Positions 61,316 through 64,000 of a stretch of DNA of 64,000 nucleotides are shown one piece after another (the stretch's first letter is position 1; each line of letters opens with the position of its first letter). This DNA is from Syntrophorhabdaceae bacterium. GTDB lineage: Bacteria; Desulfobacterota; Syntrophorhabdia; Syntrophorhabdales; Syntrophorhabdaceae. The notes under the pieces were generated by a model. The model searched no databases and was not told where the DNA came from. It saw only the letters and a list, made by a program, of their open reading frames with translations. Both the position numbers and the translations under genes were made by a program. Location: assembly GCA_963665295.1 (NCBI GenBank), contig OY762209.1, forward strand, positions 3,328,001 to 3,392,000, written 5' to 3'.

Positions 61316-61720
61316 ATGTTTGTACGATCAACCGGTTTAGGCAGGACATTGCTCCGTGGGCGTATTTCCATAGTTGAGAGCACGACCCTGGTTCCCTCAA
61401 CCCTTGAGCCCCCCGTACCAGGCACGACTGAGCCGATGCGAATGCTTATGGCCATGGAAATTCTTCACCCTGTCCACTGGACGGTGAGGGCTTTCCTGGA
61501 TCCCGCCGACCTCAGGCATATGGTTTGGATAGTGCTGAAGAACCCGATGCTTATCCTGCGGGCCATAAAGTTCCTGCTTTCAAAGGGTCCGGTGTACGAG
61601 TCACTGGAAACAGCGGAAGCGCCCGTAGATGTAAAATCAGCTCCAGCCCCTGCAGCGCCTAAGGGCGGACCGGCACCGATACCCGCCGCGAAAGGCCCCG
61701 GGGCTATCCCGAGCAGATAG
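61316..61720 (+). CDS. Small hypothetical protein with Pro/Ala-rich tail
   Basis: AGGAGG RBS; operonic spacing between the two oxidoreductases; MFVRSTGLGRT..., HPVHWTVRA. Confidence 0.7.
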   Translation: MFVRSTGLGRTLLRGRISIVESTTLVPSTLEPPVPGTTEPMRMLMAMEILHPVHWTVRAFLDPADLRHMVWIVLKNPMLILRAIKFLLSKGPVYESLETAEAPVDVKSAPAPAAPKGGPAPIPAAKGPGAIPSR

Positions 61721-61754
61721 GGAAGGTTAAAAGAACGATACTAAGGAGGTCGAT

Positions 61755-63437
61755 ATGCCAGATAGGAAGTATGATGCAGTCATAGTAGGGGGTGGACACC
61801 ACGCAACCATCATTGCCTGTTATCTTCAAAGGGCGGGCCTCAAGACGGCCATGTTTGAGAGGTGGCACGAGATGGGCGGAGGCGCCTGCGGCGAGGAACT
61901 GCCCGTACCGGGATTCATCCAGAATGTATGCGCCCACTTTACACGTTTCTACACAAACCCCGCATACAGTGACTTCAATCTCAGGGACTACGGCCTCGTC
62001 TATCTGTTCCCGGAGAATAATGAAGCATGGATGTACCCGAACGGGAACTACATCCTCGGCAAAACGATCTTCCCGGTGGTGGACAATCAGACGGGGAGGG
62101 CCGAGTTTTCTGAAGCAGCCGCCCAATACACCATCAACGAGATCGCGAAGATCAACAAAGAGGACGCCAACACGGTTGAAGACATCATAGAAAAATTCAA
62201 GGGCAAGTGGAGAAAAGCGTTTGCCAGATATCGTTATACCGGTCCCGGTGAATGGGGCGACGGTCCGGATCCTTTGGAAGAATTATGCAACGACCCGAAG
62301 TATGGTTTGGACCCCGAAATTGCATTCGGCACCGTGGGTGAAATTGCGACCAAGATGTTCAAGAGCCCGGAGATGCAGACCTTCTACATGAGGGCGATTC
62401 AAACCTCGAACGGTCTTTTTCCTCAGGACAGGCCGGGGCCGTACTGGCACATCCATGCCCTCGGACTCATCCTGTCGGTTGACGCGGCTGCAATTGTTAC
62501 CGGCGGCACACACAGTATCACCCATGCTCTCTTAAGGGCGTTCGAGAGCTACGGGGGGGAATTCTTTGTCCTCAATGAGGTGGAGAAGGTCCTGGTCGAT
62601 AGCAACAAGGCATACGGCATCAAACTGAGAAACGGCGATACGATCAAAGCCGACATCGTCGTGAGTGATCTGAGTATCGAGCTGACCCTCGATGCCCTCG
62701 GAAAAGACTGGGTTCCCAATGAGCTATGGACAAAGGCCCAGAAGTTGAAAGAAAAACCTCCGACACTGGATGACAAGGGATATGAACGAACCCAACTCCT
62801 GTGGGGGAATATCGCCCTCATGGAAGCCCCAAAATACCCACAGAATCCGGAGCTCGGCATGGTTCCACGGCTCTATTTCGGAGAGGCCGACCCGGAGTAC
62901 TTCCTGAGCGGGCAATATCAGAAGGAGAGGTGGGCGCAGGGCATAGCCAATAAACTTTATCTCCTCGTCGCTCCCGACGTCCAGTGGGACAAGACGAGAG
63001 CGCCTGCGGGGCGATTTGCCGCCCTGGTTGAGGAATTTACCTGCCCATGGCGCAATTTCCCGGAGAAGAAATGGCTTCAGATCAAGAAGGATATTGAGTT
63101 CAAGATGGTCGAAGAGTGGGGTAAATATGCCCCGAACGTGAACCAGGAGAATTTCATCTCGGCATGGATTGCCACTCCGGACGACGTGGTCAACAGGAAT
63201 CCCTGCATGCCCCAGGGAGGATGGGGGGCGCTCGACGCGCACTACGAGTGCTCAGGCAGACTGAGACCATTCCCCGAGGTCTCCAACTACCGCATGCCGG
63301 TGAAAAACTATTACCTGTGTTCTTCGGCGGCCCATTCTGCCCACGGCATAGGCCGGGGAAGCAGCTACAATTGCTATAAGGTCATCGCCAAGGATTTGGG
63401 GCTCAAGTACAGACCCTGGGAAGAACGCGAGATTTAG
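61755..63437 (+). CDS. Phytoene dehydrogenase/CrtO-like FAD-dependent oxidoreductase (second paralogue)
   Basis: YDAVIVGGGHHA, ER...GG, GG.H....AL, RP.PE.S.YR.PV.N.YLC. Confidence 0.85.
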   Translation: MPDRKYDAVIVGGGHHATIIACYLQRAGLKTAMFERWHEMGGGACGEELPVPGFIQNVCAHFTRFYTNPAYSDFNLRDYGLVYLFPENNEAWMYPNGNYILGKTIFPVVDNQTGRAEFSEAAAQYTINEIAKINKEDANTVEDIIEKFKGKWRKAFARYRYTGPGEWGDGPDPLEELCNDPKYGLDPEIAFGTVGEIATKMFKSPEMQTFYMRAIQTSNGLFPQDRPGPYWHIHALGLILSVDAAAIVTGGTHSITHALLRAFESYGGEFFVLNEVEKVLVDSNKAYGIKLRNGDTIKADIVVSDLSIELTLDALGKDWVPNELWTKAQKLKEKPPTLDDKGYERTQLLWGNIALMEAPKYPQNPELGMVPRLYFGEADPEYFLSGQYQKERWAQGIANKLYLLVAPDVQWDKTRAPAGRFAALVEEFTCPWRNFPEKKWLQIKKDIEFKMVEEWGKYAPNVNQENFISAWIATPDDVVNRNPCMPQGGWGALDAHYECSGRLRPFPEVSNYRMPVKNYYLCSSAAHSAHGIGRGSSYNCYKVIAKDLGLKYRPWEEREI

Positions 63438-63539
63438 ACTGGCTGTCCGCAATGAGGGGTGGCAGAAATGCTGAAGGAGGGAAATCCCTTGCCGGCTCAA
63501 GAGCAAAGGGGTTTCCCTCCGGGTTGGAGGAGGAAGGCT

Positions 63540-64000
63540 TTGAAGCTTAGTCCGGAATGCAGAACCTGTATTTTCGAATGGGTGCATCAAAGGACCGCTC
63601 CCCACGTCCCGACGTGGGCAAAGTCTTCCCTATCCGACAAGATAGCCGAAGCCATAGTCAAGGGTGCATCAGGGTCCTCCAATGCCGCCCTCCTGTGCAA
63701 CAGGGCTGTCTTCTCGGCCCGGGAAATAGAATCCGGATCGGTCGCATATTACCAAGCCTTTAAGGATAAGAGCAACGCCGAAGCGAAAGAGCTACTCCCC
63801 ATGGTCCGGGAGTATCTGAAAAGGGGGACAACAAAAAGAGAAAAACTCGAACGGGCCCTCTCTGTCGCCGCTGCGGCCAACGTGGCGCCCCTCGGCGCCC
63901 CTTCGTCGGCCTTCACATTTTCAGATGTTATTGACGTGATCGAAGGCAGACTCCCACCGGTCCTTGCAGGCGATGTGCATGATGCGATCGTCACTGCACG
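63540..64000 (+). CDS. DUF89/ARMT1-like damage-control phosphatase (partial, runs off window end)
   Basis: TTG start after GGAGGAGG; MKLSPECRTC (CxxC), Y..FK..SN..A, AL..A.AAN; not in the ORF track. Confidence 0.75.
   Translation, partial: MKLSPECRTCIFEWVHQRTAPHVPTWAKSSLSDKIAEAIVKGASGSSNAALLCNRAVFSAREIESGSVAYYQAFKDKSNAEAKELLPMVREYLKRGTTKREKLERALSVAAAANVAPLGAPSSAFTFSDVIDVIEGRLPPVLAGDVHDAIVTA

Noticed and set aside
59654..63437. Carotenoid biosynthesis operon
   Set aside because: No phytoene synthase, GGPP synthase or cyclase nearby; only family-level similarity.

Overview
Chromosomal window from an anaerobic bacterium, probably Desulfobacterota/Syntrophorhabdia-like (inferred from gene content only). 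1-12.7 kb: housekeeping genes (mrdA-mreDCB, ppiD-like, tsaD, rsmA, tldD), an outer-membrane barrel and a MASE3 hybrid kinase. 12.8-25.9 kb: a divergent aromatic/organic-acid catabolic cluster with a four-subunit class I benzoyl-CoA-reductase/2-hydroxyacyl-CoA-dehydratase-like enzyme, two acyl-CoA ligases, IorAB, an IclR regulator and a TRAP binding protein. Three of its sigma70 promoters carry a shared candidate operator. 26.3-40.4 kb: FMN riboswitch-ribB, PLP decarboxylase, uup, dapL, ahbB-hemL-alr, TIGR04282/04283 glycosyltransferases, pfk, nfo and a 30-aa bS22 gene missed by the ORF track. 40.6-44.8 kb: tRNA-Arg(TCT) with an integrase-less decayed islet (44-bp att repeat) hit by two IS elements. 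45-57 kb: accessory region with two secreted metallophosphoesterases, a membrane-protein pseudogene, a second IS copy and a Bacteroidota-like PBP1A. 57-64 kb: Tm-1-like gene and LysR, divergent from an operon of two phytoene-dehydrogenase-like flavoproteins sandwiching a small protein, then a DUF89 gene running off the end. Family assignments come from motif recognition, not from database searches.
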